DNA of 64,000 nucleotides from an uncultured Gemmatimonadaceae bacterium (lineage in GTDB: Bacteria > Gemmatimonadota > Gemmatimonadetes > Gemmatimonadales > Gemmatimonadaceae): contig CAWAGQ010000004.1 of assembly GCA_963781585.1 (NCBI GenBank), positions 1,024,001-1,088,000 of the forward strand, written 5' to 3'. The stretch's first letter is position 1; each line of letters starts with the position of its first letter. Under the pieces are notes generated by a model that had not been told where the DNA came from, searched no databases, and worked only from the letters and a program-made list of their open reading frames with translations. Positions 18,939 through 27,570 of the stretch are shown here, one piece after another. Both the position numbers and the translations under genes were made by a program.

Positions 18939-20078
18939 TCAGGTCACGCCAGCCGGTCCGCCGACCACCGCCGCGTTCACGCAGGTGATGGGGGGCAGCG
19001 CGTCGCTGATCGCCTTCCACGTTTCTCCCTCGTCGGAGGAACCGAAGAGCTTTCCGCTGCGGGTACCAAAATAGATACCCGCCTGGTTGCACGAGTCCGC
19101 GCACAGGGCATCACGCAGAACTGCCTCGTACGCACGACGCTGCGGCAATCCCCTTGCCAGCGGCTGCCACGATGCGCCCGCGTCGCGCGTGCGATACACC
19201 CGGAGCCTCGCTCCCGGAACACACCTGAACATGTCGGACTCGAGCGGAACGATGTACACCGAGTCGGCGTCTGTCGGATGCATCTGCATCGCGAACCCGA
19301 AGTCGCTCGGGACACCGTTGGCAATGTCGTGCCAACTGTCTCCCCAATCATCGCTGCGGTAAAGTCCCCAGTGATTCTGAAGAAACAGCCGCTCAGGCCG
19401 ACTGGGATGCTGCGCCACCTTGTGGACGCACTGCCCGAACTCCGGATGTTTGTCGGGCAGAAACTCCGCACGAACACCCACGTTGCGAGGCCGCCAGGTT
19501 CGGCCGCCGTCCTCGGTGCGGTAGACGCCGCCCGTGGACATCGCCACGATCATGCGCTGCCGATCGGTGGGATGCGTTACGATCGTGTGGAGGCAGAGCC
19601 CGCCGCCTCCCGGCGTCCACCGGGCTCGGTGCTCGTGCGTCAGCAGCCCGTCGACGACCGTCCACGTATCGCCGCCGTCGCGCGATTCGAAGAGCGCCGA
19701 CGGTTCCACTCCCGCCCAGAGCAGGTTCGGTTCGTCAGCCGGACCGGGGAGAATCTGCCAGATCTGAACGAGAGACAGACCAGACGCTTCCGGAAACCTC
19801 ACGGACGGACGATCGGGTGCACTCCAGCTCCGGCCAAAGTCATCGCTCGTGCGAATGCCGCTGCCCCAGTGAAAGCTGCGCGTGGCTGCGAGAAGCCGTC
19901 GGCGACCGCCGCGCTCGTCGTACGTGAAGGCGTATACGGATTCCCCGGGGAAGTGAGGACCATCCATGCGCCATCGCTTACGGAACGGATCGGACGCCAG
20001 GACAAAGGCGCCCTTGGTCGTGCCGACGAGGAGAAGGACATCGCCCTTGTTCGGTGAAGGTGCGCGGCTTCGAGGCAT
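18939..20078 (-). CDS. BNR/Asp-box beta-propeller protein without signal peptide (sialidase-like fold)
   Basis: LLVGTTKGAF N-terminus; six Asp boxes (SDDFGRSW, SRDGGDTW, TEDGGRTW, SDDWGDSW, TRDAGASW, SSDEGETW). Confidence 0.85.
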   Translation of the reverse strand: MPRSRAPSPNKGDVLLLVGTTKGAFVLASDPFRKRWRMDGPHFPGESVYAFTYDERGGRRRLLAATRSFHWGSGIRTSDDFGRSWSAPDRPSVRFPEASGLSLVQIWQILPGPADEPNLLWAGVEPSALFESRDGGDTWTVVDGLLTHEHRARWTPGGGGLCLHTIVTHPTDRQRMIVAMSTGGVYRTEDGGRTWRPRNVGVRAEFLPDKHPEFGQCVHKVAQHPSRPERLFLQNHWGLYRSDDWGDSWHDIANGVPSDFGFAMQMHPTDADSVYIVPLESDMFRCVPGARLRVYRTRDAGASWQPLARGLPQRRAYEAVLRDALCADSCNQAGIYFGTRSGKLFGSSDEGETWKAISDALPPITCVNAAVVGGPAGVT

Positions 20079-20270
20079 GGTGTTGTGAGAGTCGATGCAA
20101 CAGCGGTGAGAAGGTACGCCAGAGACCGTCGTTCGCTATGCCGAACCCGGAAAGAGCCCACATCCGGCGCGCTGTGCCTCGAGTCGAGCAATGCTCATTG
20201 GTCGGCTTCCCTCGCAAGGGGTGGCTCCGGCGCTCGAAAACTCGGCGCGCGCCGGGTCCGACGCAAGCAA

Positions 20271-21488
20271 CTACTCGTATCGCAGGGCCTGAATGGGATC
20301 GAGGAGTGCTGCTTTGCGAGCTGGATAGTAGCCGAAGAAGATGCCGACCGCGGCCGAGAACCCGATCGCGATGCCGGCCATCGCCGGCGCAATGGTCGTG
20401 CCCCAGCCGGTGAAGTGTTGCAGTACCGCCGCCCCTCCAAATCCCACACCGATACCGATGATGCCACCGAACACGCTCATCACCACGCTCTCAACCAGGA
20501 ACTGGCGCATGACGTCCGCTCCGCGGGCGCCGATGGCGAGCCGGATCCCGATCTCGCGGGTCCGCTCGGTGACCGATACCAGCATGATGTTCATGATGCC
20601 GATGCCGCCGACCAGCAGCGAGATGCTGGCAATCGCCGCGAGCAGCAGCGACATGACCTCCGTCGTGCCCTGGGCCGCCTGCGCCAGATCAGTCTGATTC
20701 CGGACGGTAAAATCATCCGGCTCGTATTCGGCGAGTTTGTGGGTCTCACGCAGAATGCCGCGGATCTCGTCTTCGGCTGCCGGGATGTCGGCCTTCGACG
20801 GCGTCGACGCGAGAATCTGGGGGATGAACGTGTGACGGGACAGGCGGGTCTGCACGGTCGTATACGGCGCGAGGATCACGTCGTCCTGGTCGCTTCCCTC
20901 GGCGGTCTGGCCTTTTTCCGACAACACACCGACGATTTCGACCGGCACGTTCCTGATCAGAATCTGCTGACCGACGGGGTCCTGATTCGGGAAGAGATTC
21001 TTCGCGACGGTCTGGCCGATCACCACGACTTTCCGCACGCCGCGGACCTCACTGTCGTCGAACAGTCGACCCGATTGCGCCTGCCAGTCGCGAATGATGA
21101 AGTAATCGGTGGAAACGCCGTCGACCATGGTGCGCCAGTTGGTTCCTCCGCCCACCACCTGCGTCGGCGCCATCACCACCGGCGACGACCCGGCCAGCAA
21201 CACGCTTTCGCGCTTGAGGGCATCCGCATCCTCCAGTGACAGTCGGTTCGACGTTCCCGCTCCCTGGCTGACTCCGCCGGACTGACTCGCTCCCTGGGTA
21301 ATTACGATCATGTTCGTTCCAAGATTCTCGATGCGCTGCTGAATCTGGGTCTTCGCACCCTGTCCCACGGCGACCATCACAATCACCGCGGCCACACCGA
21401 TGATGATGCCAAGCATGGTCAGCAGCGTACGCATCTTGTTCTTCAGGATGCTCTTGGTCGCTATGTCGATCAGTCGGGTTGCCTTCAT
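20271..21488 (-). CDS. MacB-like ABC transporter permease
   Basis: NKMRTLLTMLGIIIGV, VGGIGIMNIMLVSVTERTREIGIR.AIGA, FFGYYPARKAA.LDPI.ALRYE; start re-called to ATG 21488. Confidence 0.92.
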   Translation of the reverse strand: MKATRLIDIATKSILKNKMRTLLTMLGIIIGVAAVIVMVAVGQGAKTQIQQRIENLGTNMIVITQGASQSGGVSQGAGTSNRLSLEDADALKRESVLLAGSSPVVMAPTQVVGGGTNWRTMVDGVSTDYFIIRDWQAQSGRLFDDSEVRGVRKVVVIGQTVAKNLFPNQDPVGQQILIRNVPVEIVGVLSEKGQTAEGSDQDDVILAPYTTVQTRLSRHTFIPQILASTPSKADIPAAEDEIRGILRETHKLAEYEPDDFTVRNQTDLAQAAQGTTEVMSLLLAAIASISLLVGGIGIMNIMLVSVTERTREIGIRLAIGARGADVMRQFLVESVVMSVFGGIIGIGVGFGGAAVLQHFTGWGTTIAPAMAGIAIGFSAAVGIFFGYYPARKAALLDPIQALRYE

Positions 21489-21489
21489 G

Positions 21490-22251
21490 TCAATCTTCCA
21501 CCGGAATGGGACCAACCAGCTCCAGGTCGCGGGCCGCCGCGTGGCGATCGCTGACCGGCTCGTCGCGAAGAATGTGGCCATCTCGCAGTTCGACGATACG
21601 CCGGGCGTACTGCGCGATGTCGTGTTCGTGCGTCACCAGGAGTATCGTGATGCCCTGGTCGTTCAGGGTTTGAAAGATGGAAAGCACTTCGATCGACGTG
21701 ACGCTGTCGAGATTGCCGGTTGGTTCGTCGGCGAGCACGATCGCCGGCTGGGTGACGAGGGCGCGTGCGATGGCGACGCGCTGCTGTTGACCACCCGACA
21801 GTTCGCTGGGCTCGTGATCCATTCGGTCACCGAGTCCCACGCGTTCGAGGGCCTCACGCGCGACACGCTTCGTATCCAGCTTGCGGCCGCTCCGATCATA
21901 CAGGAGGGGCAGCTCGACATTGTCCAGTGCACTCGTGCGCGGCAGCAGGTTGAATCCCTGAAAGACGAAACCGATGCGCGAGTTGCGAATGTCCGCGAGC
22001 GCGTTCTTGTCCAGTCCGTCCACGCGCACGTCGTCCAGCCAGTAGCTGCCCGATGTGGGCCGATCGAGACAGCCAAGAATATTCATGAGCGTCGACTTTC
22101 CAGAGCCGGACGCGCCCATGATGGCCACCATCTCGCCCCGATCCACCGACAAGTCGACCCCGCGCAGGGCGTGCACCTCGGTCTTTCCGGTGCGATAGAT
22201 GCGCTTGAGGTGCTCAACCCGGATCACCGGACTTCCTGCGACGGCCGTCAT
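21490..22251 (-). CDS. MacB/LolD-like ABC transporter ATP-binding protein
   Basis: GASGSGKST, LSGGQQQRVAIARAL, ADEPTGNLD, VTHE. Confidence 0.93.
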   Translation of the reverse strand: MTAVAGSPVIRVEHLKRIYRTGKTEVHALRGVDLSVDRGEMVAIMGASGSGKSTLMNILGCLDRPTSGSYWLDDVRVDGLDKNALADIRNSRIGFVFQGFNLLPRTSALDNVELPLLYDRSGRKLDTKRVAREALERVGLGDRMDHEPSELSGGQQQRVAIARALVTQPAIVLADEPTGNLDSVTSIEVLSIFQTLNDQGITILLVTHEHDIAQYARRIVELRDGHILRDEPVSDRHAAARDLELVGPIPVED

Positions 22252-23558
22252 CAGAATCCTCCGCGACCCCGGAAGCCGCCGCGGCCCTGTGGCTGACCGG
22301 TCTGAAACGGGCTGGACACGGCGCCCGGAGCCTGGTCGGACGACGTCACGGCCGCGATGACCTGCATGCCTTCGTGGACGCTGCTGCCGGTGATTTCAGT
22401 CTCCTGGCCGTTCGTCAAGCCGGTCCGCACGCGCGTCATGGCCGGGTTTCCGTTGTCGTCCAGATACCAGAGCTGCGCAAACCCCACGCGCTGGGATTCG
22501 CCGACACCGCCCGCGCGCCCGGGCTCGCGGAGCGCATCCTCCTCAACGGTGCCAGGCCGCCGAGCGATGCCGCGGCCGCTGTCCGTGCCCGCACGCGAAC
22601 TGTCGCGCAACCCGGCCGGACCGCCTGTCCGTGCAGTCGCAATCATGGCCGCGGTGGGACGCAGGCGCAGGGCCGCGTTTTGCACCTTGAGCACGTTGGT
22701 CGCTTTGGCGACCTCGAAGCTGACGGTCGCCGTCATCCCCGGCAGAAGAAGCCCATCGGGATTGTTCACGGCGACGACCACCGTGTAGTTGACGACGTTC
22801 TCGTTGGCCGTGGACTGCATCCGCACCTGACCGACCTTTCCGTCGAAGGTGCGATTGGGATAGGCCTGCACCGTGAAGTGGACTGGCTGGCCTTCGCGGA
22901 TCTGGCCGATGTCGCCTTCGTCAACCGAGGCGAGGATCTGCATATGCGACAGGTCCTCGGCGATCAGGAAGAGCTGTGGCGCGGACAGGCTGGCCGCCAC
23001 GGTCTGCCCGACGTCCACGTTGCGCTCGATCACAATGCCGTCGATGGGCGAGTAGATCGACGCGTAGCTGAGATTCCGCTTGGCGCGTTCGAGATTCGAC
23101 TGCGACGACTTGAGCGCCGCCTCGGACATTTTCGCGTCATACTGCGCGGTCTTGTACTCAGTCTCCGTGGAGACCTCGTTCTTGTACATGGACTCTGTCT
23201 GATTGAGCACGAACTGCTTCTGCTGCAGATCAGCCTGAGCCCGTTCCACGTCTGCCTCCGCCTGCCGAACGGCCTCTTCGAGCACCGTCGGATCGAGACG
23301 GGCGATGAGCTGGCCCTTCTTGACATGGTCGTTGAAGTCAGCGTGGAGCTCGGCGATCTGCCCGGACACCTGCGTGCCGACCTGCACCGTGCGGACCGCG
23401 CTGAGGATCCCCGTGGAATTCACCGCCGACTCGATGTCGCCGCGTGTCACTTCCACAAAACGATATGACGTGGTGTCTTTCGCCGAGCGGTGCAGCAGAA
23501 ACGCGATGCTGACACCAGCAATGGCGAGGACGGAAATCCCGGTGATGAGGCGTCTCAT
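22251..23558 (-). CDS. MacA-like periplasmic adaptor subunit
   Basis: VQVGTQVSGQI, VKKGQLIA, I.SPIDG.V..RNV.VGQTVAASL, LLPGMTA; start re-called to ATG 23558. Confidence 0.9.
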   Translation of the reverse strand: MRRLITGISVLAIAGVSIAFLLHRSAKDTTSYRFVEVTRGDIESAVNSTGILSAVRTVQVGTQVSGQIAELHADFNDHVKKGQLIARLDPTVLEEAVRQAEADVERAQADLQQKQFVLNQTESMYKNEVSTETEYKTAQYDAKMSEAALKSSQSNLERAKRNLSYASIYSPIDGIVIERNVDVGQTVAASLSAPQLFLIAEDLSHMQILASVDEGDIGQIREGQPVHFTVQAYPNRTFDGKVGQVRMQSTANENVVNYTVVVAVNNPDGLLLPGMTATVSFEVAKATNVLKVQNAALRLRPTAAMIATARTGGPAGLRDSSRAGTDSGRGIARRPGTVEEDALREPGRAGGVGESQRVGFAQLWYLDDNGNPAMTRVRTGLTNGQETEITGSSVHEGMQVIAAVTSSDQAPGAVSSPFQTGQPQGRGGFRGRGGF

Positions 23559-23850
23559 TGCTCTCCCGTAATGGCGGAGTTCTCGCCGCCGAAGCGGCAG
23601 GTAGAATCGCTCGTGTTCCTGGGCGCGCTCCTCGAACGAGGAGTACCCGCGAAAGCGCTGCGCGGTCGGCTGCACACGCGAAAGCGCGCTCGAGAACGAG
23701 CGCGAGGTGCGGCGGACTCAGCCGCGAAGGCGCGGGATCACGAACGTGTCGAAATCAGCGCGCGATCCTGCGCTTCTTAGACGGACCGAGCGCCCTATCC
23801 GTTAACGGAGCCCGACTGCACATCGTTGGGCGCTTGTCGAAGGTCGCAAA

Positions 23851-25557
23851 CTACCACTTGTCGACGTGCTTCTTGAGTTCCTCGAGGCCGTGATCGGTGG
23901 TGAGCACGAGCAGCCGGTCGCCGGCCAGCAGCTGCACTCCCTTGTGAGGCACCTGCATGTGTTCTCCACGCATGATGGCGATGATCTGTGCGTCGTCGTC
24001 GAGGCGGCCTCCATTCTCCGGCATGACGGTTCCCGCGAACGCACTGTCAGGGCGCAGCACGCCCACGACCAGTCGACGGTCATCGGCCAGCTGCGCCGCC
24101 TCACCCGAGCGAAGCTGCGACAGCAGGGCCAAGTGGTCGGGGTCGAGTGGGCGGGTCAGGCGGCGCTGCTCGAGAATCCGCAGCGCGATGTCGAGGTGCT
24201 CCACATGGTGCGCCGGCGAGTCCGACCGGCGTGGCACCTGTTCCTGGTACAGCCGACGGTAGCGCAGTCGGCTGCTGCCGCGCACCTGGATGATGTAGCT
24301 GAGCATGACTGCCAGCGCGGCCGGCACCAGGAGCGTGTAGCCGCCCGTCATTTCGGTGACCATGATGAGCGACGCCACGGGCACGCGCGCGGCCCCGGCA
24401 AAGACCGCCGCCATGCCGACGATCGCGAACGGCGCGGGAGCCTTGTGAACGGCCACCGCGAAGAACCCGCCCAGCATCGTTCCGATAAACAGGCTCGGTG
24501 CGAAGACTCCACCTGATCCCCCGGAGGAGACCGTCAGACTCATCGCGACCATTTTTGCGAACACGAGCATGAGCAGCGTGGTCGCGAGCATGTTGCCGTC
24601 GATGGCCCGCTGCATCCACCCGTATCCACCCCCGATCACCTGCGGCGCCGCGATCGCCAGTGAGCCCATGAGCAGGCCGCCGATGGCCGGTCTGAGCGGT
24701 GGCGGGACCGGCAACCGGCGGAACAGATCGCGGGTGCCGTAGAAAACCGTCGGAACAACCATCGCGACGATTCCGGCGGCCACGCCGAGCACCGCGAACC
24801 AGGCGTAGTCGAGACTCCCGGGCACCGCCAGGGGGGGTATGCGGAACAGCGGCGTGAAACCGACGAAGATGCCGTTGACAGCGTAGGCCACGATCGACGC
24901 CAGCATCGTGTACAGGAGGGCGCCGGTCTCGAACTCCATGTCGGAGTACAGCACTTCGATGGCAAACAGCGCCGTGCCCACCGGGGATCGGAAGATTGCT
25001 GCGAGACCCGCCGACATGCCGATCAGGAGGAGCAGGCGTCGGTCCTCGGCGTCGCGATGAGTCAGCGACGCGTACCACGACCCGATGCCGGCCGCCATGA
25101 GCGCCGCCGGTCCCTCGCGACCCGCCGAACCGCCGGACCCCACGGTGAGGGCCGATGCGATAAGCTTCAGCGGCGGAACGCGCGCGCGTAGAGCTCCGTC
25201 GGCGCGATGGAAGGCCCGGATGGCCGTGTCGGTGCCGTGTCCTTCGGTTTCGGGGGCCACCTTCCAGGTCAGGAACCCAACCAGCAGCCCGCCGAGTGTG
25301 GTCGCGACGGGAATGAGCCAGAGCCCGTACGGCCCGATCAGCTCGATGGGATTCCCGCCCTCATTGATCAGGCCAGGTGGGTGGTACCCGGCCAGCCGCG
25401 ACAGAAAGACTCCCTGGGCCAGGCGAAGCAGCAGGAGGAATAGCTGTGCTGCGAATGCCCCTCCCACGCCGAGGAGGGCACTGTCGATGATCAGGCGGTG
25501 CTGTCGCTGTACCTCGTCTCTCAGGGGTGGCTCCGGACTCGCGCTTTTCTCTCGCAA
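23851..25557 (-). CDS. ClC family chloride channel / H+:Cl- antiporter with C-terminal TrkA-C (RCK_C)-like domain
   Basis: GSGGSAGREGP (gating Glu), GGSGGVFAPSL, MVTEMTGGY; C-terminal IAIMRGE...L.AGDRLLV. Confidence 0.88.
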   Translation of the reverse strand: MREKSASPEPPLRDEVQRQHRLIIDSALLGVGGAFAAQLFLLLLRLAQGVFLSRLAGYHPPGLINEGGNPIELIGPYGLWLIPVATTLGGLLVGFLTWKVAPETEGHGTDTAIRAFHRADGALRARVPPLKLIASALTVGSGGSAGREGPAALMAAGIGSWYASLTHRDAEDRRLLLLIGMSAGLAAIFRSPVGTALFAIEVLYSDMEFETGALLYTMLASIVAYAVNGIFVGFTPLFRIPPLAVPGSLDYAWFAVLGVAAGIVAMVVPTVFYGTRDLFRRLPVPPPLRPAIGGLLMGSLAIAAPQVIGGGYGWMQRAIDGNMLATTLLMLVFAKMVAMSLTVSSGGSGGVFAPSLFIGTMLGGFFAVAVHKAPAPFAIVGMAAVFAGAARVPVASLIMVTEMTGGYTLLVPAALAVMLSYIIQVRGSSRLRYRRLYQEQVPRRSDSPAHHVEHLDIALRILEQRRLTRPLDPDHLALLSQLRSGEAAQLADDRRLVVGVLRPDSAFAGTVMPENGGRLDDDAQIIAIMRGEHMQVPHKGVQLLAGDRLLVLTTDHGLEELKKHVDKW

Positions 25558-25634
25558 CGTAGCCGGGTGGCCAACCTCGCGCCATGCTTGCGCACCGGCA
25601 TCCCAGGTCCGTGCGGCGGCGACGGTTGGACCGC

Positions 25635-26003
25635 CTACGCGGACTTATCGCACCTCAGTTCAATGCGAACCATGGAGCTCGGATCGCCAACGGCGGGACG
25701 AGCCGGCTGGCGAATGCCCGTGAACGCCTGTTCCCAGCGCAGGTATCGCGTTCCCTCGTCCGGGAGCGACAAGGTAACGGTCGCGCCTGGCGACACCGTT
25801 CCGAGCGGCCGTCGAGTCCCGCGAGCGTCGTATGCGATGATGTCGATGTCCTGCGGGAGACGATTCGAGACCGTCGCCACACCACCGTACTCGCACGACG
25901 ATGCCGGCGCGGGCGCCGCGGAGCGTGACGAGTGCTGCGTGCAGCCCGACAACGGCGGCGCGCCTGCGATGACAACGAGCTCGATGAGGCGGATAACCCG
26001 CAT
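25635..26003 (-). CDS. Hypothetical protein, possible small lipoprotein
   Basis: MRVIRLIELVVIAGAPPLSGC lipobox-like; LGTVSPGATVTL beta-rich segment; start uncertain. Confidence 0.4.
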   Translation of the reverse strand: MRVIRLIELVVIAGAPPLSGCTQHSSRSAAPAPASSCEYGGVATVSNRLPQDIDIIAYDARGTRRPLGTVSPGATVTLSLPDEGTRYLRWEQAFTGIRQPARPAVGDPSSMVRIELRCDKSA

Positions 26004-26203
26004 CGATATTGCCCTGCGCACGGGAACGTGGACCACACGCAGCACCGACATGCTGACACCGGCCCAGCAGGAATGTTGACCTATCCCTCGCGGCAGGGGA
26101 AGACGGCGTCGCCTGCCGGTATCACCGGTGCCCTGCAGCGAACGCCGGGCGCGTAGCGCCGCGATCGCGCGATTCGTACCGTCCATCCGGTAGTGGCTGA
26201 TCG

Positions 26204-27463
26204 TCAGGCGGGAGCGGAAGGTAGGGCAGACGCCTCGCCCGGAGGCTCAGCCGGCGGCGGCGATCCTGGCGCCGCGGCTCTGGGAAGCTGGTCGAGCCAG
26301 CGGAGCAGCGGCGGCATCGTGCTCCCCTGAACGATCAGCGAGAACGCGACCACCGCGAACGTGACGCGAACAATCTGCTCGCGAAACGCCAGACCGGGTG
26401 GCAGGCCCAGCGCCAGCGCAAGGGCAAGCGCGCCGCGCAATCCGCCCCAGAAGAGTACGTGCTGATGGCGGCGCTCCACGCGATGCCGGGTGGGCGCGAT
26501 GACTGCGCACAGCGGATAGATCGCGACGGCGCGGGCCGCGAGGACGAGAGGAATGGCCACCACCGCCGATGCGACAGCGGTCAGAAAATCCTCCCTCACT
26601 TCGCGCATACCGATCAGCAGAAAGATCAGCGAATTCACCACGAACGCGGCGTACGCCCAGAAGCCGTCGACCGCCTCGCGCCCGCGCTGCGAAATGGCAC
26701 CCATCGATACGCCGAGGTTGCCCACGATGAGTCCGGCCGTGAGGCACGCGAGGACGCCCGAAAAGTGGCGCTGTTCGGCCAGAATGAACGAGCCGTATGC
26801 GGCGACGGTGGTGAACGTGATTTCGACCAGGTGATCTGTGGTGCGTCCGGCAAGCAGCAGCGCCACTCCGGCGACCACGCCGCCGACGACGATGGCGCCC
26901 CCGATGGTACGCAGAATGTCGAGCCCGATGGCCGCGGCGCCGCCTCCCGTCCCTGCGGCGGCGAACGCCAGCGCCGTAGCGAACAGGATCGCCGCAGTGG
27001 AATCGTTGAACAGGCTCTCGGCTTCCACCAGCAGTCGGAGCCGCCCGCGCAATCCGGCTTCCCGGAACAGGGCGATCACCGATACCGGGTCGGTCGCCGC
27101 GATGAGCGAGCCGAACAACAGTGACGCGGGTACGGGCCATCCGGCGATGTAGCGCATGCCGGCGGCCGTCACCCCCGCCGAGATCAGCACGCCGGCGGAG
27201 GCGAGCAGCAGCACGACGCCGAAGTCGCGCCACAGTTCCTTCCACTTGAGATCGATCGCCGCTTCAAAGATCAGCGGGGGAAGAAACGCGTTGTAGATGA
27301 GATCGCGTGTGAGGTCCAGTCCCGGAGACACGTCGAAGAACGCGAGGGCGCCACCGGCGACGACCAGCCCGACGCTCGACGGCACATGCAGGCGGCGCGC
27401 GACGATCGCCACCAGCGCGGCGATGAGCAGCAGGATTTCGACGCGATTGAGGATCTGGTCCAC
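26204..27463 (-). CDS. CPA1 (NhaP/NhaG-like) Na+/H+ antiporter
   Basis: FLPPLIFEAA, ATDPVSV, ESLFND, WGGLRGAL. Confidence 0.92.
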   Translation of the reverse strand: MDQILNRVEILLLIAALVAIVARRLHVPSSVGLVVAGGALAFFDVSPGLDLTRDLIYNAFLPPLIFEAAIDLKWKELWRDFGVVLLLASAGVLISAGVTAAGMRYIAGWPVPASLLFGSLIAATDPVSVIALFREAGLRGRLRLLVEAESLFNDSTAAILFATALAFAAAGTGGGAAAIGLDILRTIGGAIVVGGVVAGVALLLAGRTTDHLVEITFTTVAAYGSFILAEQRHFSGVLACLTAGLIVGNLGVSMGAISQRGREAVDGFWAYAAFVVNSLIFLLIGMREVREDFLTAVASAVVAIPLVLAARAVAIYPLCAVIAPTRHRVERRHQHVLFWGGLRGALALALALGLPPGLAFREQIVRVTFAVVAFSLIVQGSTMPPLLRWLDQLPRAAAPGSPPPAEPPGEASALPSAPA

Positions 27464-27570
27464 GGGTCGCCTCGACGGGGTGTGCGGTTAATGTAGCGGC
27501 GACACGGGGACCGGGACGAACGCGGGGGTGAGCCGGTGACCGCCTGTCCAGACCGTGCGCCGCACCGTGT

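Noticed and set aside
18641..20078. Anti-phage ubiquitin-like (Bil/CBASS-type) defence system
   Set aside because: No E1, E2 or JAB/DUB genes and no defence-island context
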